Source of the DNA: Mytilus trossulus
Taxonomy: Eukaryota
DNA: 64,000 bases
Direction: 5' to 3'
Assembly (NCBI RefSeq): GCF_036588685.1
Contig: NC_086376.1
Span: 36,208,001 to 36,272,000, forward strand
Positions 1 through 11,300 of this stretch are shown in pieces (the stretch's first letter is position 1; each line of letters starts with the position of its first letter). The notes beneath the pieces are model-generated. The model ran no database searches and was not told the DNA's origin. It saw only the letters and a list, made by a program, of their open reading frames with translations. Both the position numbers and the translations under genes were made by a program.

Positions 1-1651
1 ACAGTTAACCGACGCTGACGGAAGTTATCCGTTCGAAAACTGTCGGCATATTCGGGATAATCAGGTACTGTCGGAACGTAATCCTATCATGATCCGCTAT
101 ATCGTATTGCAAACGGCTTTGTCTGGTCTCAGTCGTATTGTATTCTGTAATTGTCGGGACTCGCACGTGGGTATCATTGACGAATTTCGTCTTAATAACG
201 GGACTGTTACGGAACGGTTTCGGCAAAAAACGGTTCGCAATCGACAAGATCTGAATGCAATCTGGACTCAATCGGCAGAAAAACAGCTATGAAAAATTTC
301 TCCAGATCATTCCCGTTCCACAGGACATCGTCCAGAATACACAAGACATTGTTCGGAAATCGATCCGATGCAGCAGAATCTGTCACGACATAGCCACGAT
401 AGTAATCCGACTAGACAATATCGGCTGAGTTGCCCCGAATGTTACGGGACGCACCTAATGCGGGGTTCACACATTGCCGATTATTGCTCCCGTTTGAGAT
501 CAGACAGCAATACGATATGAAAAGTGAAAAAGTCGGATTGGTATCCTCAATTATCTGGAATGTCCTATCATTGTCTGAACGCATTCGTTTTAGTTCGTAA
601 CAGATTCCTACGGATCGGGAAGGGTCCGAATAGTTCGGCAAAGCATCCCGACAGATAGGTGCGTCCCGTAACATTCGGGGCAACTCAGCCGATTTTGTCT
701 AATCGGATTACAATCGTGGCTATGTCGTGACAGATTCTGCTGTATCGGATCGAATTCCGAACAATGTCTTGTGTATTCTGGACGGTGTCCTGTGAAACGG
801 GAATGATCCGGAGTAATTTTTCATAGTTGTTTTTCTGCCGATTGAGTCCAGATTGCATCCAGATCTTGTCGATTGCGAACCGTTTTTTGCCGAAACCGTT
901 CCGAAACAGTCCCGTTATTAATACGAAATTCGTCAACGATACCCACGTCAGAGTCCCGACAACTACAGAATACAATACGACTGAGACCAGACAAAGCCGT
1001 TTGCAATGCGATAGAGCGGACCGTGATAGGATTACGTTCCGACAGTACCTGATCATCCCGAATATGCCGACAGTTTTCGAACAAATAACTTCCGTCAGCG
1101 TCGGTTCACAGTCTGGCCACTGTCTGATCTCAGTCGGATTACATTCGGTAGAGTCGGGACGCAGTCGTGACAGACTCGGTCGAATTTTACCTGGCGAAAA
1201 ATACAAATCGGATTAGAAGCGGATTCAAAACGGGATTATCGGGACTTATTCGCTTAGAAACGGTTGAATATCGGTGCTTCCTGAACACTATCTGATTGTT
1301 GTCGTGATCAAATTATTTTTTTTACAAATTTTAATTTAAGTTTGAATTTCCATCCACGATTCACAGGATCTTGATCAGACTTTTAATAAAATTTAATCGG
1401 GAATGGTCCTATCAAGAACGGTAGTAAAAATCGTGAATGTGTGACCCCAGCTTAACTGTCGGGGTGCTTTGCCGAACTATTCGGAACCTTCCCGACCCGT
1501 AGGAATCTGTTACGAACTAAAACGACTGCGTTCAGACAATGATAGGACATTCCAGATAATTGAGGATACTAATCCGACTTTTTCACTATTCGTGTCGTAA
1601 TGAGGTCTGATCTCAAACGGGAGCAATAATCGGCAATGTGTGAACCCCGCA
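1..1651 (-). mobile_element. Non-autonomous PIF/Harbinger-like element, outer copy (cut by the window edge and interrupted by a second copy at 459-1452)
   Basis: 1-455 is the reverse complement of ~659-1110, and 1456-1651 is the reverse complement of 459-654. It ends with TIR ...aatgtgtgaaccccgca at 1651 followed by TTA. Confidence 0.8.
459..1452 (+). mobile_element. 994-bp non-autonomous PIF/Harbinger-like element (inner copy)
   Basis: 17-bp imperfect TIRs (tgcggggttcacacatt / aatgtgtgaccccagct) flanked by a TAA duplication at 456-458 and 1453-1455. A TWA TSD is typical of PIF/Harbinger. Confidence 0.85.
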
Positions 1652-2291
1652 TTAACATGGATCAAAATGAATTACATATTTTTCAAAGTCAATTTCTGAA
1701 CGGATTTATAAGTACACCCACCCTCAACATAAAATTAAATAGATCTTCTTTTTAAAATAAGAAAAAAATTGCATAATATAATAATCTTTTATTCGTAAGC
1801 AATACAACTTATAGAATTATTCTATTTTATATTCAATATAAATATTATAAATTTCAAATTGGACCTTCCTCCGCCAGTGTAAAACGCAGTTCGATTCCAA
1901 AACATAACGGTATCGTCTTTTAATTTTAAAGGTGATAAAACATTCACACCTTGCGATAACTTATTCATACGAAACGCTCGTTCAAAAGCGTTTTGAATGT
2001 GAATTTATTGTTACTGATGACAAAATAGAAGTCAAGTTCAATACTGGCGATTTTCACGTTCTCTTTTTTTTGACAGCTCTTGTTAACATTTCAACTGAAA
2101 TTCCGGACGAATAGTCTTTTTCTACAGTATATACTGAAGCAATTTTTCTCATTTTTATAACCCATGTTTACTTCAACGGAAATCATATTCATTGTTTGTA
2201 TTAAATTCCTGCCTCACTCGGGAAAATTAAATCATTGTTTTGTCTCACAATTTAAACTTACAGCTTTAGACTTTATATAATGTATATGTTC

Positions 2292-2415
2292 TAGACCATA
2301 TGAGTATTTGGACCGTACGCGTACGGTCCGGACCGTATACGTATACCCGTACGGTCCGACCATACGTGTACGGTCGGACCGTATGAGTATACGCGTACGG
2401 TCCAGCTGATCATAC
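2292..2415. repeat. Cluster of short GC-rich palindromes, probably a DNA-transposon terminal region
   Basis: Perfect 20-bp palindrome ggaccgtacgcgtacggtcc at 2310-2329, followed by related palindromic units built from accgtac/gtacggt. Confidence 0.55.
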
Positions 2416-2786
2416 ATGTTTTGGGATCATATGGGTTAAATTTAAACAATCACTTATCAAAATCTTTATTATTAGTTATACAAATTGTTATTATTACAAA
2501 ATAGATGGATAAAGTGAATAAGCGAACATTTGAAATTAAATATTTGTTTAATTGTATATCTGTGAATTCTATTTTGTTACTCTGGCCAAAGGCGACACTT
2601 GCTTCTAATAAGAACGTCGTATTTTTTACATTTACATGTTTTGTTAATGCATGTTCCTTTGCGTATGCATTTCTTTTGTACAGTTACTAAATATTCTAAA
2701 ACAATTGTCCTCCCACATTATGTTTACTTCAGATAACTTCAATTTCAATGAGCTGAAATTAATGAATTACCGGCCTCAAAAATACA

Positions 2787-2956
2787 GGGCCCAGTTTCAC
2801 GAAGCTGTCTTAGGACTAAGACATGTCTTAGGATGGTCTTAAGACACATCTTAGTCCTAAGTTGGTTTCACAAAGTGGTCCTAAATTAGGACATCTCTTA
2901 AAGTTGGTCATAAAGTTAGAACAACGCGAGAGGTGTCTTATGATGGTCTTAGGATA
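2787..2956 (+). mobile_element. Harbinger-like terminal fragment
   Basis: Starts gggcccagtttcacgaag, resembling a Harbinger TIR, followed by repeated gtcttagga/cctaag subterminal motifs. No matching right end was seen. Confidence 0.4.
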
Positions 2957-3025
2957 GTTACACGTTTATTTATATAAAGTATACTCATTTTTTATATTAA
3001 ATTTTGAAAAAAGATATCTTATTAT

Positions 3026-3200
3026 ATGAATTTTCCCGCGTTTCGACTAGTAATAGCGGGAAAATCTCTGTATTAACGGTTTGTAAATAAGGTATTGTCC
3101 AATCAGGATTTGTTTGTAATCAAAATTGATTACAGGTAAAAGGTATACATGTAAATGTATCTCACTTTCTAGCCGTCCTTTGAAGTGTACACATCAAAAT
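3026..3200 (+). repeat. Direct repeat A1 of the DIRS/PAT-like element
   Basis: Near-identical to 7069-7244. Begins with a ttttcccgc...gcgggaaaa hairpin, contains a CCAAT motif, and ends overlapping the gag ATG. Confidence 0.9.
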
Positions 3201-3687
3201 GGACGCCGAACTTCAAGAGCAGATCAGAATTCAAGTCTCGAATATTCTGACGGTAAACCAAAATGACATGATGAACCAAATGCGTTCGATTATATCCAGT
3301 GAAATGGGAAAGATGCATGTGCAACAACAACAGCTTGCAGAAACACAGGTTTCCAAGATAAAAGCTACCTTGACGGATGGACCCAAATTCAAGAAACGAG
3401 GGAATGAAGAGCAATTTAAGCAAAACGTGAAGGTGCTCAGCAAAATGAAAGAAGCAGACAGTATATTGGACGGTAACAATCCAACGCCAGATACCGTATG
3501 CAAAGCCAAGGAGAAGTTAGCGGAAGGTATTTCTTTAATGAACTATAATAGACAAAAGTTAATACGTATTGCTGATTCATCCGAGCTGGGCTGGCGAGTT
3601 GTACATGAATATGAAACCAACCCGCTTGCAGATGATTCTGAGGATGAAAGGAAATTGTACAAGGCTGAAGAGCGGAAAGAAAGGTGA
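3199..3687 (+). pseudogene. gag-like ORF of the DIRS/PAT element (frameshifted near 3680 from its CCHC tail)
   Basis: Motifs FKKRGNEEQF, RQKLIRIADSSELGW and EYETNPLADDSEDERK are typical of this gag family. The continuation KADKTKKARRVHPY...CFNCGVKGHWKQEC lies in the next frame. Confidence 0.8.
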
Positions 3688-5357
3688 AAGCTGATAAGAC
3701 AAAGAAAGCTAGACGAGTGCATCCCTACGTACAACCAGCAGAACAAGCAGTTACTAGTATGACAAGAAAACCAGGCAGATGTTTTAATTGTGGTGTAAAA
3801 GGTCATTGGAAACAGGAATGTCCTGAGAAACAGCAAAGAAAAAATGATAAGATAAGTAATATTTATTCTTTATATAGGAATAATATAGAAGTACACGTAG
3901 ATAATTTACGTACAAAGGTTGATACAATTAAATCACCAGTTAATAGTTTGAGAAAACACATAAACAAATGGAAAATCATTCAAGCAAGTGATTACATTTT
4001 AAATGTTATTGAAAAAGGGTATATGTTACCGTTAAAAACTTTACCTGAGAATGTTTTATTAGATAATAATAGATCAGCTAAAGAAAACAAATCATTTGTA
4101 ACAGATGAAATCGAGAAATTATTATCTAAAGGGTGTATATCAGAAGTATTTGTAAAGCCTAAGGTTGTTAATCCATTAACGGTTGCAGGTAACAAGGCAA
4201 AACTTAGATTAGTGCTTGACTGTCGTCACATCAATCCACATTTATATCAGTTTAGATATAAATATGAAGATGCAACTGTTGCAAGAAAATTGTTTTCTAA
4301 GGGTGATTATCTGTTTTCTTTTGATTTGAAGTCAGCTTATCATCATATAATGGTACAGCAGGAAGACAGAACATATTTGGGTTTTCAGTGGGAGTCTAAA
4401 TTTTACATATTTAATGTTTTGTGTTTCAGTTTGGCTACAGCAGGTTTTATATTTTCAAAAGTCTTAAGAGAGCTTATAAAGTATTGGAGATCTAACAGTA
4501 TTAGGATCCTAATGTATCTTGATGATGGTTTAGGGGGTGCTGACAATTATGATGAATGCACCAAAGTTAGCAATAGAATAAGGGCAGACTTAATTGATTT
4601 TGGTTTCATTATTGCTGAGGAAAAGTGTAACTGGAACCCGGTTCAGGTGATAACTTTTTTGGGAATGTTATGGGATACTTCTGAAGGTAGAATTAGAATA
4701 ACGGATGAGAGAATTAACAGGATATTAAAATGTATATCCTGCATTTGTAACAGGTTACCAGACAAACGTGTGATATCAGTAAAACTGTTAGCTTCAGTTG
4801 TTGGTCAGTTAATATCTACACAAGGTGTGTTGGGTACAACTGTAAGGTTAAGGACTCGGTATGCATATGATTGTGTTCAGGATAGAACATCATGGGAGGC
4901 ACCGGTCTGGGTTACTCCAGAAGCAGAGGTAGAACTAGAGTTTTGGTTATCAAACATAGTAAGGTTAAATGCGGATGGTGCATTATTTAGTCAGTTGACA
5001 AACGGAGCATGTGATGTAAGCATGTTTTCGGATGCCTCAGGTGAAGGCTATGGAGGATATATAGCCGAGGCAGGGAACAGCAAAATGGTAGAAATGTTTG
5101 GTGCATGGGATGCACATGAAACAAACATGAGTTCTACTTGGAGAGAACTTGAGGCTGTTCATAGGGTTTTGAAAACTAATTTGCCTACATTGAATGGGCA
5201 AAGTGTAAAAATACATACTGATAATAAGAATGTTGAAACTATTTTGAAGGTCGGTAGTAAAAAGACTCACTTGCAAGATATAAATATGGAAATTCAAAAT
5301 GCATGTGAACAAAGCAATGTTTCTTTTTTTTGCGAAATGGATACCAAGAGAAAATAA
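3684..5357 (+). pseudogene. CCHC knuckle + reverse transcriptase + RNase H of the DIRS/PAT element
   Basis: CFNCGVKGHWKQEC. RT motifs LRLVLDCRHIN, FDLKSAYHHI, YLDD. RNase H motifs FSDASG, SSTWRELEA, HTDN. A frameshift in the T-run near 5324-5331 separates WIPRENNTHADTLSR. Confidence 0.9.
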
Positions 5358-5840
5358 TACACATGCAGACACTTTAAGTAGGTTGAACGATTGCGATGAC
5401 TGGGGTGTACAAACATGGCTGTTTCGTATGCTAGATAGAGAGTGGGGTTCTCATACAGTAGATCGCTTTGCGGCTTCATATTTAACAAAAAATGTGATAA
5501 ATTTAATTCAAAGTTTTGGTGTCAGGGAACGAGTGGTGTTGATGCTTTCAAACAGCACTGGGGTAAAGAAAATAACTGGTTAGTCCCACCTCCTTCGTTA
5601 GTTACAGAAACAGTTAAAAAGATGTTGAAAGACGGAGCAGTTGGTACGTTAGTTATACCCGAATGGAAGTCGGCTCCTTATTGGCCGGTCTTGTCAGAGG
5701 GTAACAGATTCAAATATTTTGTTAAAAATCATAAGATCTTTCCGGGTTCAGGGATAACTCATAGAGGAAGAGGGCGAAATGGGATATTTGGTATGATTAA
5801 ACAAAATTTCAATTTCGTTGCTATGCATATTGAAGTTTAG
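5299..5840 (+). pseudogene. RNase H end and DIRS methyltransferase-like domain (split over two frames)
   Basis: WIPRENNTHADTLSR...TVDRFA in one frame. KFNSKFWCQGTSGVDAF...NNWLVPP...GTLVIPEWKSAPYWP follows in another frame, with a frameshift near 5470-5490. Confidence 0.75.
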
Positions 5841-5859
5841 GTTGTAAGATTATCATAGA

Positions 5860-6891
5860 TTGATTTTCTGTTTTCCAGGAATAGGTTTGAGAGACAAAAT
5901 TAAGGATGATGTTAAAGAAGCCGGAGTAGACGAGGAATCTGAACTTTTCAAGTATGCAGAACATATGTCCAGTTATATTGTGAACAGTAGAAGTGATAAT
6001 ACAGCAAAATCGTACTTTTATGCATTTAAACGTTGGGAAACATTTATTAAAAAACATGGTTTTCAAGCTTTACCAGCACAGCCGGTTCATATAGCTTTAT
6101 ATATAACTTACTTGCTTGACACTGGTGCTACATGTAACACTATTAATTCTGCTATATATAGTATAAAATGGGTGCATGAAATGAGTAATTTTGCAGATCC
6201 AACTAAAAATTCATATTTACATTCATTACAAGAATCTGCCAAGAGGGTGGCTACTGTTAAGAAACACAAGAAGGATCCCGTTTCATTAGATATGTTATTG
6301 AAATTGTGTAGCATGTTTTCAGATAGCCAAGATTTACTTGTGGTTCGCGATTTAACAATGATTTTACTGTCTTTTGGTGGGTTTTTGCGTCACGATGAGA
6401 TTAGATCTCTTTTGTGTAAAAATGTTGAAGTTAAATCAGATTATTTAATTTTGTATATAGAGAAGAGTAAGACTGACCAGTATCGTAATGGTAATGAGGT
6501 TTTAATTTCCAAGGGGGATACCATTGCTTGTCCATATGAGATATTTTTGAAATATGTAAATCTTTAAGGTGTCAATTTGGAATCAAATTTTTTCCTGTTT
6601 AGACCTATTTTTCGTTCTAAAAGTATTTGTAAACTTATATATAAAAACAAAAAGCTTAGTTATTCTACAGCCAGAGAAAGCATTATTTCTAGACTGAAAC
6701 TAGTTTCAAAATACCTGAAGCTTGGATTGCATTCAATGCGGTCAGGTGGTGCTACTGCTGCAGCAAATTCGGATGTTAATGATAGGGTATGGAAACGACA
6801 CGGTCGTTGGAAAAGTGACAGTAGCAAGGATGGTTACGTTGTGGATTCAGTTGATAAAAGGCCGCAAGTGACCAAGCATTTGGGGTTGTAA
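5860..6891 (+). pseudogene. Tyrosine recombinase of the DIRS/PAT element (in-frame stop at 6565-6567)
   Basis: Catalytic residues R (FLRHDE), K (SKTDQ), HxxR (HSMR), H (HGRW) and Y (GYV) are present. ORFs 5860-6567 and 6577-6891 share a frame. Confidence 0.9.
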
Positions 6892-7068
6892 ACATTTTTG
6901 TTTTTCATTACTTCCGGTTCCCCCTATATTTGTAAGTTTTCTAGCGTACTTGACGGGCTAGTCGGCAAAATTAATATTGTTCTTAATTTGTATATTAATT
7001 ATGGTAAACGTACATAGTGTTTATGTACAATATGGTGTAGGCCGGTTAGTAGGTAATAGAGTAAATAC

Positions 7069-7244
7069 ATGAATTTTCCCGCATTTCGACTAGTAATAGC
7101 GGGAAAAATGTCTGTATTAACGGTTTGTAAATAAGGTATTGTCCAATCAGGATTTGTTTGTAATCAAAATTGATTACAGGTAAAAGGTATAAATGTAAAT
7201 GTATCTCACTTTCTAGCCGTCCTTTGAAGTGTACACATCAAAAT
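7069..7244 (+). repeat. Direct repeat A2 of the DIRS/PAT-like element
   Basis: Near-identical copy of 3026-3200. Confidence 0.9.
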
Positions 7245-7346
7245 TACATTTTTGATAATAGTTTTCAATATCTGAAAGCTGTGGGAGTATTGTATATTTT
7301 TAATTTTTTGAATTTTCAATTTCGAAATGTTATACAGATTATAACT

Positions 7347-7478
7347 GGCCAGCTAAAGGACGTCTCCGGGTGCGGGATTTCTCGCTGCATTGAAGACCTG
7401 TTGGTGACCTTCTGCTGTTGTCTATTCTATAGTCGGGTTGTTGTCTCTTTGACACATTCCCCATTTCCATTCTCAATT
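7347..7478 (+). repeat. Interspersed repeat family R1 (ggccagctaaaggac...ctcaatt)
   Basis: Other copies at ~17711-18000 (+), 40641-40808 (-) and 58129-58293 (+). Confidence 0.85.
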
Positions 7479-7710
7479 CTATTTCCATTTTATAACTATT
7501 AGTTTGATTATCTTTTACTAGATTATCTCATCGAAAATTCTCCTACATTTTTTAATCGATTTTTTTTTACAAGATTTTTGAAACATGCATGTTTTAATAT
7601 GTTTTATATATTAAATGTGTATGTCATTTTCAGAATAAAAACATTTCGAAATAAGATGGTCACTGGACAATACATTCTTCCTATACGGAGTCATAACAAT
7701 ATACAATAAT

Positions 7711-8012
7711 TAAACTCATCATAGATACCAGAATTAAATTTGTATTTACGCAAGACGCGCGTTTCGTCTTCAAAAGAACCATCAGTGACGCTTGAATCCA
7801 TAAAAGTTAAAAAGGCCAAATAAAATATGAAGTTGAAAAGCATTATGGACCAAAATTCCTAAAAGTTTTGCCAAATACAGCTAAGGTAATCTATTCCCGA
7901 GGTAGAAAAGCCTTTAAAAAATCAAAAGTTTAGTAAACAGTTGATTTATAAATTTGACCAAATCAAATAAATGATAATTCATGATGTCAGTCCAGAAATG
8001 ATGACTACTGGG
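7711..8012 (+). repeat. Interspersed repeat family R3 (aaactcatcatagatacc...gacgcgcgtttcgtc)
   Basis: Related copies at ~32058-32180, ~38330-38550 (-), ~49287-49470 and ~55786-55910 (-). Confidence 0.75.
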
Positions 8013-8354
8013 AAACTGACATCAAAGCATTACATTTCAACTGTAAGTGTTTTTAAAACAAACAAACAAATAATGTTTGTGACAAATCATTTTTTTTATT
8101 CCGACTACTGAAGATTGCAAGAAAAGTATTTCCTTGAGTTGATATATATATATATATATGCCTGCAGGATTGCTTTAAACGAAAACTGCGCTTAACTAAA
8201 ATAATTCTATATGATAACAAGTATATTCTACAGGACTAAATGTCACTTTTTTTAATATTTTGTGTATAATGCTAAACTAAATATTCGTCAATTAATGATA
8301 TGGAATTATAGTCTATCTATCCACCGGGTTATGGAAGCAGCATCGTCGTGTCTC

Positions 8355-11300
8355 TTAGCTGTCATCTTTAAAGTCATTCAATACTTTCTTGGAAACATCC
8401 TTTATCTGAAACAATGAAGAACATGTAAAATGTTTATCAAAAAGATGAAAAACTATATTGTCGATAGAAACTTATTTTGCGTCTTATTTCAGGTTTGTTT
8501 CTAAATAGGAGGAGTCTCAAAACTTTACACCATGAACTTTTTGGAACGCACACGTAAATTCAGAAAAAAATCAGATTTTTTTTTTTTTTTAAATGCATTA
8601 AGAACTTGACAAATTGTTGAATTCCTTTGAATATTAAAAAACAAAATCTTATATTCATATACTCTTAAAGATAGTTGATAATTTTTTTCAAGGTCTATAA
8701 ATATATAAGACACTGGATAAAAAAAATCGGCAAAAGATATCTTTGTTTGCACTTTATTTGCGCCATTTCGAAATCCGTCAACAGACGTATGACAGATCAA
8801 ATCAATAAATTGGTGTTTAATCATGTACACATTTTTTAATTTTAAGAATAATAAAAATATTCACAAATAAACTGTGTTTTTTATAATCTTTATTGTTTAT
8901 CTGTGACATTGAAGTTTATCAAACTTTCTGAGAATATCTCCTTTCCATATATAATAGATTGCCCTGAACATGCATGAAATATTTGCCAATGGACGCTACG
9001 TAACCAACAACCTATCAATCACCTACCCATAGATGTAATTTAGCTGCTGCCATAGTACTGCATTGTTTTTCTTCATATGTATATTTCTCCATGATTTCTT
9101 GGGCTCTCCTGGCATCAGCTTCTTTGAAACTTGAATCTTTTTGTGTACTTAGCCTTCCCGCTAACGCTTTGCAGTGTAACTGTATATCTTCAAAGTCCTG
9201 TAATATAATGTATATTAAAATGACTTATTTTTCATATTTTCTTTTATTCAGAATGTAACAAGATGGCAATAAGTACCCAAATTGCGGGTACATCAATTGG
9301 AATATCAATGTCCCTTTTATTAAAGTTTTCAAATTGTCAATTGATAAACTACATTTACTCGTTGTTATTCAATATAATTCAATTTCGGATTTAACATGTC
9401 TTCTGATTGGCTGAAAGTTTTTTGTCTATCAGCTCATAGACGTGAATTTGTCATATTATGATCGTGATGTCATCAACGTTTGTTAATGTATTCAAGGAGT
9501 TACTGTATCCTATGTTTGAAGTTATGTCTCCATAGACAGAACAAAATTTTCCTTAAACAAATGTTGAAAGAAGCGAGCTAATTAGTTTAACTATTTTCGC
9601 CAAGTACAATTCTTTATTACATTTTGATAGTCTCAGATCGATTTTTTCTACTGAAGTATATTTTAATGTGTTGTTTGAAATTTTGGCAATATTGCAGAGC
9701 GTTGTTTTGTTATTATATTTGTTGTTTCTGAGCATGTGCTTGCATGGGACGCAGGAATTTGTATTTGTATCAGGAAGAGACTCTCTATATAATATATAGC
9801 AGTAATCGCCATAGAGAAGATTAATAGAAAATTAAATATATTTTGATATTTATAATCTAGATACGTATGTTCAGAGTATACAGAAACGCGAAAATATGGA
9901 ATATATTCTAAAATAGTTAACCAAGCTTCCGGTTTTAAACTTGCACATACATTTCACAAGAGTACTCGGGGACAGGACAATAATTATCGCGTTGATAGAG
10001 ACTCTCTATATACTATAGCAGTGGTCGCCGAGGAGAAGAAACTTGAAATTGATAATTAAAAGCAAATACACTTTATTTACAATATACAAATGTTCATAGT
10101 ATACAAACAAGAACGCGAAAATAATGGTATTTAACAGAAAAAAATAACAGAATTTGGAAACCAGGGAGAAGGGCTTAAACTGTTTCAAAGTACCTATGCA
10201 TTTTGATAACTTTTAGCGAAATTCTACAGACATGAAATCTTTTACTGCAATTCTCCAGACACAAAATCTTTTACCAAAATTATTCCTACAACAGTTTACA
10301 TACTTTAACCAATCTTTAAACGCCCGCGATTTCGCGGGTGTGTTCTATAGTAGCGTTATAAGCTTGCTGTTTCTGTTTAGATTCGAGGTTAGCTATATTG
10401 TACTCGAGACTTGAAGATACGATGGCCAATACAGCTAATCGAGAATCTCCAACAAGGCCAATGCAGAAACAGCCAGTTCATAATAATTTTATAAAACGAT
10501 TTTAATTCTTTGATGAAGAAGATACATACATTCATATCTGAACTTGTTTTTTCAGTCACAATGAATTTGTTGTCAACTTTGATTTAATTCATGATTTCTC
10601 ATCCAAGTATAATCAAGTATGATACACGGTGATAATGGAGAGTAACATACAAACCTCATTTTCATCAACATCACATCCAAACAATACCAGAAGTGCTGCC
10701 AAAGTGTTCTTAACAACATCATTCGGAACATTTCGGTTCCGTAATTCTAGTAAGGCGTCTAACAACCTGGGAAGATCACACGTAAAACCTTTCAATTGAC
10801 GAAGAGACTCTGCAAACTTCTCTAATACTTGTATATCGTGTAGGAAAATATTCATAAATTTCGAACTTTTTATCATTTTGAGTGTCGATTCTACATTCCC
10901 TAAATTTTTCCTCAATCTTGCATCATGAATTGCTGAAATTAAACATTGATGAAATTGAAATAACCTGGATGTTTTTGTCACATGTATAAACGTGAAATCT
11001 CATCTTAAAACTATTGTCGTACTATCCCTGATGATATCTTTCGGAATTATAAACATTTAGTACTAAAATGCAGTAAAAAAATGCATCTTCGCTAGCCACG
11101 AGTTACGTCCGTTCTAGTTCCATTCTCTCATTGGTACAACAAGTTTCATTTAAATATATCGTGAGTTACACCGAGCATGCACGATCCGTAAACCAAAGTG
11201 TGTGAATTATTGTTGATGCATGTGTGCGTAATGAAGGTTAGTTAAATTTAAAACCGGTTGACAACGTGAAATGTTGTGGCATCTGTCTTTTTTTGTGTGC

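Larger units (their letters stand above)
3026..7244 (+). mobile_element. DIRS-order tyrosine-recombinase retrotransposon with direct repeats (PAT-like), mutated
   Basis: Domain order is gag+CCHC, RT, RNase H, methyltransferase-like, tyrosine recombinase. Bounded by ~175-bp direct repeats at 3026-3200 and 7069-7244 with about 4 differences. Confidence 0.93.

Noticed and set aside
5-1216. Several 67-173 aa ORFs on both strands
   Set aside because: They mirror each other because of the inverted nested element, and show no transposase or other domain motifs.
3026-7244. Classification as an LTR (Gypsy/Copia/BEL) retrotransposon or prophage integrase
   Set aside because: No TG...CA ends, protease or DDE integrase. 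RT-RNase H-MT plus tyrosine recombinase defines the DIRS order.
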